From Octopus vulgaris (Eukaryota): 64,000 bases of DNA. Below the pieces are notes generated by a model. It ran no database searches. It saw nothing but the letters and a program-made list of their open reading frames with translations, and had not been told where the DNA came from. Within the stretch, counting starts at the first letter, position 1, and each line of letters begins with the position of its first letter. The DNA lies in NCBI GenBank assembly GCA_951406725.2, contig OX597818.1:68076001-68140000 (forward strand), written 5' to 3'. Positions 52,235 through 64,000 of the stretch are shown piece after piece. The translations under genes were made by a program, and so were the position numbers.

Positions 52235-52794
52235 TTACATATACATACTCTCACATACAGGCGCGCGCGCACTGATGAAAAAACATGACTACAATAAAAG
52301 GAAACTTAACCTCTGCTTTCTCCCCGCCACTCCGTCCCCCCCCCCCGTTCCAAAGGAAGGAATCTACACAAGAAAAGACAGAAATATCTGAAGATAAATT
52401 ACAACAGATATAAAATAAAATATATAAATATAAACGAAAAGGGAAAGAAAATTTATAGAAAACATAACAGAGCAATATAAGTGTGTATGTGTATGTGTGT
52501 GTGTGTGTTTGTGTTTGTGTGTGTGCGTTTGTGTTTGTGTATGTGTGTTTGTGTATATGTGTGTATATATATATTTGAAAGCGTGTTTGTGCGTGCGTGT
52601 GAGAATTAAGATCTATGAAAAGAAAAAGAGAAAAATAGATGATCGGATTGGTGTGTTGAAGATATTTCATGGCAATGATGCTGATAAATATCAGAAATCA
52701 ATAGAATTCTTTAATAATTGAATGTTCTATAGGTTATGTATGCAAACGCACACACATAACCACACGCATATACCCATACACACATAAACACACA

Positions 52795-52835
<41 letters not shown>

Positions 52836-53250
52836 ATATATGTATATATATATATATATATATTTATACAGACAATTACATACACGTATACATACTTGTT
52901 CACACATACATATATACATATAATGATCATTATGGTAGTTTATCACGGCCCCTTTTTTCATGGCGGCATAGGTTTCAGGGGCTTTTCCAGTGTTTTATGA
53001 CAGGCTTCCCTTTCTGATGCCGACCCATTATAGTTTCCTATTACAGCATGGAGAGAATGGTGTAATTATTTCGAAAACATAGAATCTGGGATGCAAGGAG
53101 AAAGAATATATGAGTGAGTATAGGTGTGTCGGTGTGTTTAGCTGTGTATGTGTCTAGGCGTAAATATGGCTACGTATCGATCTATTGGGCTACTTATCTG
53201 TCAATATATTTATACACACACACACACACACATATGCGTACGCTTGTATG

Positions 53251-53280
<30 letters not shown>

Positions 53281-53291
<11 letters not shown>

Positions 53292-53663
53292 CTGAAGTTG
53301 TCTGTGTACGGCAGGTTTGGTAGCCTTTAACTAACACTATCTCCTCCGAGACCCTGCGACGCAACTTGACCAAAATTAAGAGTATGATAGAACAAGTCTT
53401 GCTCTTTCTTCCGCAGTAGAAACAATTCAAATCAGACCATGTTAAGACCAAACATTATTTACATCAAAAAGGTGCTTTTTTCTAGAAAATCCCTACTTTT
53501 TACGATTTTTTGACTGCTGTGTCGCCATTTTTCGGTGTATTTCAACCAGAAAAATGTTCACTTAAAGAGAATAACAAGCTACATAATGCAAAGTTTTACT
53601 TTTCAAAAACTCCAAATCTAAAGGGTCGAAACAAACCCGAACAACGCCGGGCGATACTGCTAG
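53281..53663 (+). mobile_element. Non-autonomous Helitron
   Basis: Starts in TATATATAAAGCTG and ends with the hairpin cccgaacaacgccggg (53636-53651) plus CTAG|T. Confidence 0.75.
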
Positions 53664-53678
53664 TATGTATATATATTT

Positions 53679-53729
<51 letters not shown>

Positions 53730-53754
53730 TAAGTAATTAAGGGTTTAGCAACGA

Positions 53755-53802
<48 letters not shown>

Positions 53803-53837
53803 ATCAAAATAATATAAAACATGATGCGAAGGATTCA

Positions 53838-53915
53838 GCGGTACATATGTTTCGGGCCTTTATTAGACAGATTTATAACAATGCATAATGTATGTCTGTG
53901 GCCTTCTTCAGCCGC
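53838..53915 (-). ncRNA. Type I hammerhead ribozyme, intact core, long stem II
   Basis: Minus: GCGG-CTGAAGA-a GGCC a CAGAC..(loop)..TCTG..aa GGCC c-GAAACATATGTA-CCGC. Palindromic stem III ACATATGT. Confidence 0.85.
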
Positions 53916-53921
53916 CCACAA

Positions 53922-54004
53922 CAGCTTCCTGAAGAAGGCCACAGACATACATTATGCATTGTTATAAATCTGTCTAATAAAGGCCCGAAACATATGTACC
54001 GCTG
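53922..54004 (+). ncRNA. Mirror-image hammerhead on the plus strand (stem I imperfect)
   Basis: cagcttc-CTGAAGA-aggcc...ggccc-GAAACATATGTA-ccgctg. Confidence 0.65.
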
Positions 54005-54109
54005 AATCCTTCGCATCATGTTTTTATTTTATTTTGATCAATTTACTCCACCACCTACACCACCAAACGGTATACACAGGTGCTCATAATCATCAAGTAC
54101 TCACCCCGA

Positions 54110-54150
<41 letters not shown>

Positions 54151-54307
54151 CTGAACCTGAGGACATAATATCATATTTCTTTGTCGTTCCCATCTCTTAT
54201 TACTGCACTGTACTTGACTGTCACTTTGTTCTGAAGCATATTGAGTTATAAAGCCAGGTTATTAGTATGGCTAAGAGAAATCTTAATACGTACAAACAAA
54301 CATCTTA

Positions 54308-54460
54308 ATACATACACACATACATACATACATACATACATACATACATACATACATACATACATACATACATACATGCATACATACATACATACATACA
54401 TACATACATGCATACATACATGCATGCATACATACATACATACATACATACATACATACA

Positions 54461-54494
<34 letters not shown>

Positions 54495-54499
54495 CATAC
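54308..54499. repeat. (TACA)n microsatellite
   Basis: Seen directly. Confidence 0.95.
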
Positions 54500-54559
54500 A
54501 ATATGTGACCGATGGTGTATCATTGGCGATTTTCTTTCTCCGTCTTTGAACATTTTCTA

Positions 54560-54595
54560 TTTTTCTGATGGAGAGCTCCGCTCGAAACGTGAAAT
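54560..54595 (+). ncRNA. Degenerate minimal hammerhead
   Basis: TTTT-CTGATGg-a GAGC tcc GCTC-GAAACGTg-AAAT. Confidence 0.6.
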
Positions 54596-54776
54596 CCACT
54601 TTCATTTCTCTCCTTTCCTGAGTGTCCTATAACACAGCACTTCTTCCACGTCCTCGCATTGTTGTTTTTTCTTGCTTGTTCATGTTTGGATTGACTACAT
54701 ACATACATACATATATGCATACATACATATATACGTACGTACATACATACTTACATACATACTCACATACATACAT

Positions 54777-54815
<39 letters not shown>

Positions 54816-54832
54816 CACAGACACACATATAT

Positions 54833-55475
54833 AGAGAAACCCTGCGCAGTTGTGGAAATCAGCTGCTCAGCGGATGTTAACATAAAGCTGAAGATCAGTG
54901 ATAAAGAGAACACCTACGCTGAACTATTGAGAAGTCTGCAGTTAGTCTATCCAGATTACAAGTTCACGTTTATACCTGTAATTATTGTGGCCCTGGAATA
55001 CATAACAACACAAAGCTGAAGATCAGTGTTAGAGAGAATACATATGCTGAACTTTTAAGAAATCTGCAATTACTCTATCCAGATTACAACTTTAGGTTTT
55101 TACCCGTAATTTTTGGGGCCCTGGAATATATAACACACTCTACCTAAATACCATCTTGAGAAGTTAGACTTCTCAAAACCAGAATAGAAAAAGCTATTTT
55201 ACAAATCCAATCTATCATTGGAACTGTAAAAATCTGTAAAACTTTCCAGAAGTTTATCATTTGAATATACGTGAACATGTATAGATATGCAACTATATGC
55301 ATGAGAATGCATACATAAAACAAAACATACAAATCTGCACATATACATACATACATACAAAGAAGAATACCCTGTTGTTGATGTTGAAATTCCAATGAAG
55401 GATCCTTGTATGTAGGTTAGAAACCGGCTCTTTGGGATTTTGGCAAGAAATCATGAAATAAAACTGAACAATGAC
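54833..55475 (+). mobile_element. R4/Dong-like (RLE-endonuclease) non-LTR retrotransposon 3' end with a duplicated segment
   Basis: CAVVEISCSADVNIKLKISDKENTYAELLRSLQLVYPDYKFTFIPVIIVAL matches the RLE-domain pattern. It ends LQIQSIIGTVKICKTFQKFII* (55264), followed by a 3' UTR. Confidence 0.8.
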
Positions 55476-55480
55476 ATATA

Positions 55481-55888
55481 GGCGCAGGAGTGGCTGTGTG
55501 GTAAGTAGCTTGCTAACCAACCACATGGTTCCGGGTTCAGTCCCACTGCGTGGCATCTTGGGAAAGTGTCTTCTGCTATAGCCCCGGGCCGACCAATGCC
55601 TTGTGAGTGGATTTGGTAGACGGAAACTGAAAGAAGCCTGTCGTATATATGTATATATATATAAGTGTGTGTGTATATGTTTGTGTGTCTGTGTTTGTCT
55701 CCCTAGCATTGCATGACGACCGATGCTGGTGTGTTTACGTCCCCGTCACTTAGCGGTTCGGCAAAAGAGACCGATAGCATAAGTACTGGGCTTACAAAAG
55801 AATAAGTCCCGGGGTCGATTTGCTCGACTAAAGGCGGTGCTCCAGCATGGCCGCAGTCAAATGACTGAAGCAAAAGAGTAAAAGAGAA
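55481..55888 (+). mobile_element. SINE family A, young full-length copy
   Basis: tRNA-like head with A/B boxes (tggctgtgtggtaag, ggttcagtcc), CORE-like cttgggaaagtgtctt, internal (TA)/(TG) and aagagta tail. Confidence 0.92.
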
Positions 55889-56354
55889 TATACATGCATG
55901 CATGTGTGAAGCAGTTTGTGAGAGAAGGCTGTGGAAGCGTTAATGTAGTTGGAACAAAAAATATCCAATGTCAAATTATTCAAATGTTCCATCCCAGAAA
56001 TGTTTAATCTTGATATTACCGGCAAAATATTCCTTTTCAATGGTGTTGAAAAAGATGAGCGAGCCTGACGTGTCGTATCTGTGTGATAATCAACAAACCA
56101 AATATGTTGCGATGTGGTATCTGCGGTTGTGCATTAGGTCCCATGGGACGAGGACACGTGTGTGTGAGAATTCGGTTTCAAGTGACGTCATAGATATTTT
56201 CTGTTAAAAGTAGCTGCTATACCCCATGGAATTTTAGTTGATTCATAGTGTTTCCAGAATATTCACCACAATTGGTGAGACTAATCCCCCCTAGCACTGA
56301 TAAATCCATATAAATAGAAATACCGCAGAACCAATCTGTACTGAGAAAATACTC

Positions 56355-56767
56355 AGGCGCAGGAGTGGCCGTATGGTAAGTAGCTTGCTAACCAACCACA
56401 TGGTTCCGGGTTCAGTCCCACTGCGTGGCATCTTGGGAAAGTGTCTTCTGCTATAGCCCCAGGCCGACCAATGCCTTGTGAGAGGATTTGGTAGACGGAA
56501 ACTGAAAGAAGCCTGTCGTATATATGTATATATATATAAGTGTGTATATGTGTGTGTGTCTGTGTTTGTCCCACTAGCATTGCTTGACAACCGATGCTGG
56601 TGTGTTTACGTCCCCGTCATTTAGCGGTTCGGCAAAAGAGACCGATAGAATAAGTACTGGGCTTACAAAGAATAAGTCCCGGGGTCGAGTTGCTCGATTA
56701 AAGGCGGTGCTCCAGCATGGCCGCAGTCAAATGACTGAAACAAGTAAAAGAGTAAAGAGTAAGAGAG
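56355..56767 (+). mobile_element. SINE family A, young full-length copy
   Basis: Near-identical to 55481-55888. Confidence 0.92.
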
Positions 56768-57155
56768 TGAGTGATAAGACTGTGTTATCCATACTGTATG
56801 TTTCCTAACTGATAGAATTCAATAATTACCGAATACCTTAAGTGTCCCGTGATCAGGAAACCATGAACAGCTTTGAACACCTGCTTTTTGAAGTTACCAA
56901 TCATCGCTGAAAGAACAACTACGATCCCAGACAGGTAACATTAGGAAAGCTTCACGTCTCGGAAACCATATTAGCAATGGAGTAGAGAAGAGAGAAGTGG
57001 CCAGGTTCCTATCTAAAGAAGTGTCTCTAAATAAAACCTGACACCAGCCATCACACCGCCGACCATACAAGCATAGACATGTGGAGGTGAAATGTGAACG
57101 ATAATCGTTTAAGATTAACGGTGTGTGTATGTAAATATGTATGTATGTATCTATC

Positions 57156-57212
<57 letters not shown>

Positions 57213-57241
57213 CTCTCTCTCTATATATATATATATATACA

Positions 57242-57316
<75 letters not shown>

Positions 57317-57345
57317 CAAAATAAAAACATGATGCAAAGGATTTA

Positions 57346-57432
57346 ACGGTACATATGTTTCGGGCCTTTATTAGACGGTTTATAACAATGCATAATTGAT
57401 GTAAATGTGTGTCTATAGCCTTCTTCAGCCGC
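57346..57432 (-). ncRNA. Type I hammerhead, single-arm relative of the 53.8-kb element
   Basis: Minus: GCGG-CTGAAGA-aggct...aggccc-GAAACATATGTA-CCGT. 57312-57432 aligns with 53800-53915. Confidence 0.8.
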
Positions 57433-57456
57433 GTACAATTACTACTTCAATTACTG

Positions 57457-57571
<115 letters not shown>

Positions 57572-57624
57572 GTAAACCAGGAAGTATGAGAAGACTAGAT
57601 TTATTTAACCACTTGATATCCGTA

Positions 57625-57660
57625 GGATTACGGCTGTTTCGCACTCCTTCGTCATATAAT
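57625..57660 (-). ncRNA. Degenerate minimal hammerhead
   Basis: Minus: aTGACGA-aggagtgc-GAAACAGCCGTA. Stem I is weak. Confidence 0.4.
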
Positions 57661-57990
57661 AATAATTTCACCGTTTAATTATTTATATTAGAAGCCTGCA
57701 TTAATATGCACGCTACACGTTTCACAGTATAACTGTACAATTACAAACCGATGCAGATATAGATAGTTAGCTCTTAAGATCTCTATAACGTTATGGCTAC
57801 ACCAATGTTTCAATTCTAGTTAAACAAAGCAAGAGACTCACATATTCGAACGAAACTCCAATTATCCTTTAACGACCCTTAAAATCTAATTATTACATTA
57901 GAATAATTTCCAGCCACTCTTCAAATAAAAATATCTTTGAGGGGATGCCCGCTTTTGCAATAGTGCTTTGCAGTAAAGTAGATGTAACTA

Positions 57991-58533
57991 TTGGGTTGTC
58001 CGATTTTTTAAAGGAAAGAAAAAGGTCAATAAATACTTGCCATTACATTTTTAATCAACCAAATATGAACCAGTTTGTTGCACAATGTGTCTCCATCTTT
58101 CCTTTAACTTGAAAATACCCTCTTCCCAGAATTGAGGTGGTTTCATGGCAAAGAATTCATCGAGGTATATTTTTACGTCATCCAAGGAATTGAAATTTTT
58201 ACCATTAAGACTATTCTGCAGAGACCTGAATAAGTGGAAATTCGAAGGAGCAATATCTGGTGAATATGGAGGGTGGGGTAACACATCCCAGCCGAGCTGC
58301 AGCAATTTTTGTCTGGTTCCCAAAGCATCAAGTGCCGAAAATGAACTTTCTTATCTTCCATTTTAAAGGGTTACAGAATTAACACAGGTTTTGGGACCAT
58401 AAACCTTCTTCCACGAAAAGATAGCTTAAACTGTGCTCTAAATGGAAGTGTAGCCAATCCTATTTTATGGACTGAAACATGTTCTAAAATAAGTCGAAAG
58501 GTAAGCCCCTATAAATCTTTCCGGACAACCCAC
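57991..58533 (-). mobile_element. Mariner transposon internal-deletion derivative
   Basis: TA|TTGGGTTGTCCG ... CGGACAACCCAC|TA ends. N-terminus MEDKKVHFRHLMLWE is fused out of frame to the C-terminus LGWDVLPHPPYSPDIAPSNFHLFRSLQN..KLKERWRHIV. Confidence 0.92.
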
Positions 58534-58699
58534 TACTTACATCCTTATCTCTTAGCCATCTTACGTTAAGCTTACACCTTGCAACCATTCATGGTCTTCA
58601 TATTCTTTTTCTTAGATATTAGGCCTATTAAAGTAAAAATTATCTTTAGCTATTTCCTTTCATCCGATAATAGTTTATTAAAGCTGCCTATGATATATT

Positions 58700-59720
58700 C
58701 ACGGTAATTTGCTACAGACAACATTCCTCACCAGTGCTAAATCCAAGAACATATGACACATTTTTGCTAAAGGAATCTCTACAACAGAAATTGTATTAAT
58801 GTTATTTACAGTTGTAACTTTTGTACATGAAAGCACCTCGGTTTATAAACCAAGGCTGCCACATGAAGTATGCTGTAGGTACGGAAACACTAATGCATGC
58901 CTGCTTAATCACTCATGTAATGTTGAGATGATACTATATGAAGTAGAGGTTACCTTTGCAAAAGCTAAATAACAACGCAGATACATTAGATATGAATGAA
59001 AGAGGGTGTATCTAAACAGTTCTACGTTTTTCTCCAGACACATTTGAAGTGGAATGTAACATCATTTTGAAAGGATCCACATTGCTCCGATCCTTAAATA
59101 ACTATACTCTTGTAAAAATAGAGAACAACGCAGAGGATACCACCAGACACAATAACTATCATGTTTTAGAGCCCACAACACCACCCTCAACTCCATAACG
59201 AATACTAATCTTAACACCAGCAATAATAATGAACCGGTTACCTACTACTCATTAAACAGCAGTCTCCTCACAAGTCCTCCGGAGTACCTCCTACAAAACT
59301 ATGCAGCTTCAGACGCCCAGCCGCCTGTCCTTTAGATAACCGCTGTCTCACAGAAAACATAGTTTATAAGTGCATAGTGTCGACTGCCAATTGTAACAAC
59401 ATTTATATCGGTTCATGTAGCACCACTTTCAACGCTAGAGTCAGCAACCACTACTCCTGCTTCAAGTCCCAAACAAAATCCAACAGTACATCGTTATCTA
59501 AACTGATCAGTACACAAACGCATGATTCAACTGCTTACACACTCAAGGGATCCAGAGTCACCCACGCCAAGTCTTACAGCAGCTGTAATAACAAGAGTGA
59601 TTTCCGCATAGCCTAGGCCTTGGCTATTCTGCAATCCACGGATTGTCATAATGAACATAGCAGTATAATATTCAACTGCAAACATCAGTTACTAAATCTA
59701 TTCTCTAAATACAAATAATT
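58700..59720 (+). pseudogene. Penelope-like GIY-YIG endonuclease remnants (an older one at ~58700-59050 and a clearer one at 59300-59720)
   Basis: CSFRRPAACPLDNRCLTENIVYKCIV..NNIYIGSCSTTFNARVSNHYSCFK..STSLSKLI. Upstream NRNCINVIYSC. Confidence 0.75.
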
Positions 59721-60115
59721 ACAAACCCACCCTGCGCTTTTCCTCCTAACCTTCATGAATTTTTCTTTTTATCCACTCTCATAACCACTATATATTATAT
59801 CAACAGTTGATCTCTCCTTTAATTACTTTATTGTCACTTACACACATCTCTCTGTATGTTAACTTACTATTTCTAAACATTTTCTCTCTTTTTATTTCAA
59901 ATAAACCCGCCTTCCGTAAACTTACAAGTAAATACGCAAACATATACCTCAACCACTTCATATTATAAACACGCTGACCACACACTATATATATTCCTAT
60001 ATTGAAAAAACTTATAGTAGCCGCCACAATTCTTCCCCTTTCTTTCTTACTTTCTTAATGCAAATATATTTTCTTTCTCCTCCTTGGCCAAAAAATTTTC
60101 CCACTCATCTTGTCT

Positions 60116-60202
<87 letters not shown>

Positions 60203-61734
60203 GTATGTATGTAGGTATGTATTTATAAATTGGTGCCATGTCCCGTGTAATATTCATCGAGTGTGATTATAATTTGAACATTCATAAAAATGTCATTCTT
60301 CGCCTAAAGTTTAATTTCCATATATGTGTGTTAGTATGTATGTGTACGCATTTGCGCCTGTGCGTGTATGTGTAATTACGCACGCACAAACACACACGTA
60401 CACACATACCTATACACAGCATATTTGCATAGTAATATTTGTTTGTGACTCTGTGTAACTTAATAAACCTAGATATATCTTTGCTTACATACAAACATAC
60501 ACACACATAAACACATACACAAACACACATACACGCCAGCCCAAACAATTTTACACACAACATATTTGCATATTTTCATTTGTCTGTCTATGATTTTTTT
60601 CAGTTTTGTAAATACATCTCGGCATAATCTCACATACCCACATATACAAATATATATTTACAAACATATACATGCATAATTATATATATATACTTCTCTA
60701 AATATGAAGAATCAGATATTTCAAGATTTTCCGATGCACTTATTGCCATTTAGAAGAATCATTGTCACCATTATCTTCAGTATCTCTAGCTTCGTCTTCA
60801 TCATTATCACCATCAACATCACAATCGCCATCATCATCATCATAACCATCGCCATAACATCTTTCTTAATCAATTTAGCTGATTGTTTACCCTCAATAGT
60901 TCTTACTCGACGTACACCCAATTATCACCATTTAATTCATCTCAATCTAAAATCTCTGACAATAATCTTTTCTATTTTATATATCATATACTTATTTTAT
61001 TCATTTATTTATTTTCAGAGTTCTTTTATTAGAAAACTATTTACACTTAGTGTGCAATAGCCAGGCTGCAATATTTCATGGAAACAGCTTATTATTTAAT
61101 CTATACCATCGGCAACACACTTTGTTAGTCATCTTATTTTCTGATTCCTCCTTTATATGTTTCACTCAAATATTGTATCTTCTGTGCTTGCGAAATATAA
61201 AATATAATAGTAGTTCTCTAAAACATACAATATTTTTTTCTATTTATATTTACGTAAGTTATGAAACCGCATCTCCTCGTGGTTAACCAGCTAGATTCAT
61301 TGTGAGATTGTATTTTCAATTCCCAGGCTAGGTGGCTTGTTGTGTCCTTCAACAAGACACTTCATTTTCTGTTACTTTATACTGATGAGGTCAAATCTTT
61401 TACATCAGCAACACAGTGTCATCTTAGGATATTATCAGACCCAAATCTTTCTCAAGACCTCAAAAAGTATTCGATGGCAAAGATATTAGATGCCAATACT
61501 ACACGATAAAGAAAAACGGCTTCAATGCCATGTTCTTCGAAGAATTTCTCTCTGAGAGCGATATCTTTCATGTCCAGTTTTATTCTGAAAATTGATAACT
61601 GCAAGCAAGAATAATGCATCGGTAGAGAAGAAATTGTAGAGTTTTGCAGTCGTGGGGAGCTAAATGTACGTGCTGAATCCTTGGGGGAAACCCACTCCTG
61701 ACCACCACTGCTTTATGATACAAGACTTGTTTTA

Positions 61735-61920
61735 AAACGTTTATAAGTTAACAGTGTTTCTATTTCAAAGCCATGCTTATTATATTGGATGCAGCATGGT
61801 CAAGTGATCACATAGTTTTATGTTTATAGAAAAGAAAAAAAACGTACGTATATTATAAAGACCGTGGATACATATAAGGAAGTGGTACATGTGTTGATTT
61901 CGCTTGCATTTGGACCTATG
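61735..61920 (+). pseudogene. Possible PLE GIY-YIG remnant
   Basis: NVYKLTVFLFQSHAYYIGCS..HSF, followed on the same strand by the hammerhead-bearing element at 62230. Confidence 0.4.
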
Positions 61921-62229
61921 GAAGAATCTAAAGGTGCGATAGAATTTATGTTTACATGTTAAAAATTCTTCGTGCTCTTTATTGAGTAATTGTGGTGAAT
62001 TATGAATAAATATTTGGAGGGCATTTTTTCAGGCAGAGCCTACACGTGGAGCGTTATCCTTGGTACGGGACTCCAGAATCTATTATGGCCCAGGATACCC
62101 TACATGTTATGTTCTTATTTGCACTACCTGGATTTACCTGGGATTATACATAAGGACCTATAACTTCACGGAATTACAAACCAACCTCCATAACCTCTGG
62201 AAGATGATGAGCTGAGGATTTTATTTTCC

Positions 62230-62610
62230 TATATACTACTTTAATCTTTATTCTTCTATCTACTATCTTATTTCTTATAGACTGTGAATTTCCCTGTCTA
62301 GAACTTTCTTACATACTCACCTTGTCTCTGGTGACGGACTACCCAGTGTACGGATATGGTAGCCTATCACTTGGGATATCACAGAAACAGCTCTAAGACT
62401 TCAAATTCACCTTACCCTGATTAATTGTTCTAAATTACTTGAGATACCTGTCTTACCATGGTTTTTGTTGTTCTTTTTCCTCTAATATAATATATACCTG
62501 GTAACACGGAAGCCTATTACAGATCCCTAGCTCCAGCCTCAGCCGTGAACTGTGAACCTACCGGAAGACCAGTTATAGCACTTCGTATACCTACTTGTTT
62601 AGATCGCAAG
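62230..62610 (+). mobile_element. PLE pLTR-like element with a degenerate hammerhead (62324-62399)
   Basis: GTCT-CTGgTGA-...-GAAACAGCTcTA-AGAC. Paralog of 7150-7510. Confidence 0.7.
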
Positions 62611-63310
62611 TTAGCGAAATACCTCATATTATATTATATGTGTGCGTATATATGTATGTATATATGCGTATGCGTCTCTGTGTTTGTGTTCGTGTCACAG
62701 TTTGACAGTAGCTGTTGGTTTGTTTACATCCTCATAACTTATCAGTTTGACAATCGGCACTTGATAGAATATGCACCAAACTGAAAGCAAATTTCCCCAA
62801 CAAAACATTTGAAGTCGTTGCCCCAGAATGGCCACAATCAAATGACTCAAACGTGTGAAAGGATGAATAACACGTGACCATGTCACATCAGATATACAGG
62901 CGTATACATGCATCTTATATGCACACATGCATGCATCACACTTTACCTATTAGCGTAGGTCATGTGACAGTACTAAGTCTGAAGAATTCATATTTAAACT
63001 TTTCTGCCATGCTTAATGACATTTCGAAATAACCTTCTCGACAGGTGTTTAAACTATAATGTTTAGTTGCGGAGAATGTCTTCACTGCAGCTGAACTTTA
63101 GCGCATTATCATCTTTATGCTAAAAAGAAAAACACCAATACATTGGTGCCATTGGTTGTATGTTGAGCTGACATAAATATTATTTCCAATTGTGCACTCA
63201 CACACACATGCACACGGATATACGTGTTTACATACAGCAGGCGGACATATATATCCATATATATCATCATCATCATCAACATCATCGTTATATATATATA
63301 TATATATATA

Positions 63311-63616
63311 TAAATTCGAAAAAAAGCACATTTTATCAATTCAAAATGAACAATTAAATTACACCATCTAGAAAATTACATATAATAGAAATATTAAAAT
63401 TAAAATAACAATTATATACCGATGATTAAGTGAATTGCCAAATAATAATAAAAACGTATATATTTATTATATTTTATTATCATTTTGCAATTTACTTAAT
63501 CATCGGTATATAATTGTTATTTTAATTTTAATATTTCTATTACATGTAATTTTCTAGATGGTGTAATTTAATTGTTCATTTTGAATTGATAAAAGGTGCT
63601 TTTTTTCTAATTTTTA
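63311..63616. repeat. ~300-bp AT-rich near-perfect fold-back beside (TA)n
   Basis: ttttatcaattcaaaatgaacaattaaattacaccatctagaaaattaca is the exact reverse complement of the right arm. Arms are ~140 bp. Confidence 0.9.
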
Positions 63617-63713
63617 TACATATATTTATATTATATTTTGTGAAATTGAATTTTTCCCTGTAAGTTAGGAATAATATTCCCTCAAATAATAATTATATAC
63701 ATACATACATACA

Positions 63714-63744
<31 letters not shown>

Positions 63745-64000
63745 CAACTTCATCAGAAGCATTTGGCACATGACTTTTCATGCATGCATGAGTCATACAA
63801 TATTTCATAAGACAGATTTCGTACGGTTGGATGCTCTTCCTGTCAATAACATTCGCATGTTTCTAAGCAAGATAACATATCACTGTGGCCAGACTTGTTT
63901 TTACGGAAAATAAGAAACGAATTTCGCCATTAATATGTTGTCACTAGTTTACAACTATCGCATGGTGACAAGACAAGAAGACAACACGAGCACCCTCATA

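Larger units (their letters stand above)
53800..54112. mobile_element. Mini-element in (TA)n with a near-perfect ~112-bp-arm palindrome (53800-54041)
   Basis: Arms 53800-53911 and 53929-54041 with a 17-nt spacer, plus a ~70-bp unique 3' tail. Confidence 0.92.

Noticed and set aside
61378-61425. CTGATGA...gcaacacagtgtc hammerhead candidate
   Set aside because: GAAA is mutated and stems I and II do not pair convincingly.

Overview
AT-rich eukaryotic non-coding DNA packed with microsatellites and transposon remnants. The SINE families and (TA)n/(CA)n/(TACA)n load are most consistent with an octopus (cephalopod) genome, which is an inference from repeat content. No intact host gene or credible exon chain is visible, and almost all long ORFs in the track are microsatellite artefacts. 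Recognisable elements are several tRNA-derived SINE families (including a tandem tetramer), RTE and R4/Dong-type LINE 3' ends, deletion derivatives of Chapaev, mariner and probably piggyBac transposons, two non-autonomous Helitrons, and several decayed Penelope-like element (PLE) RT and GIY-YIG fragments. The most striking signal is about two dozen hammerhead-ribozyme (HHR) motifs (CUGAnGA-stem II-GAAA-stem III-UH, closed by stem I), about 8 with an intact catalytic core. Most lie in short non-coding elements next to (TA)n tracts. Four sit in palindromic fold-backs with an outward-facing ribozyme on each strand. One lies downstream of tandem tRNA-like Pol III heads, and one lies in a retrozyme-like direct plus inverted repeat unit. 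All coordinates and folds were read by eye; no search or folding program was run.
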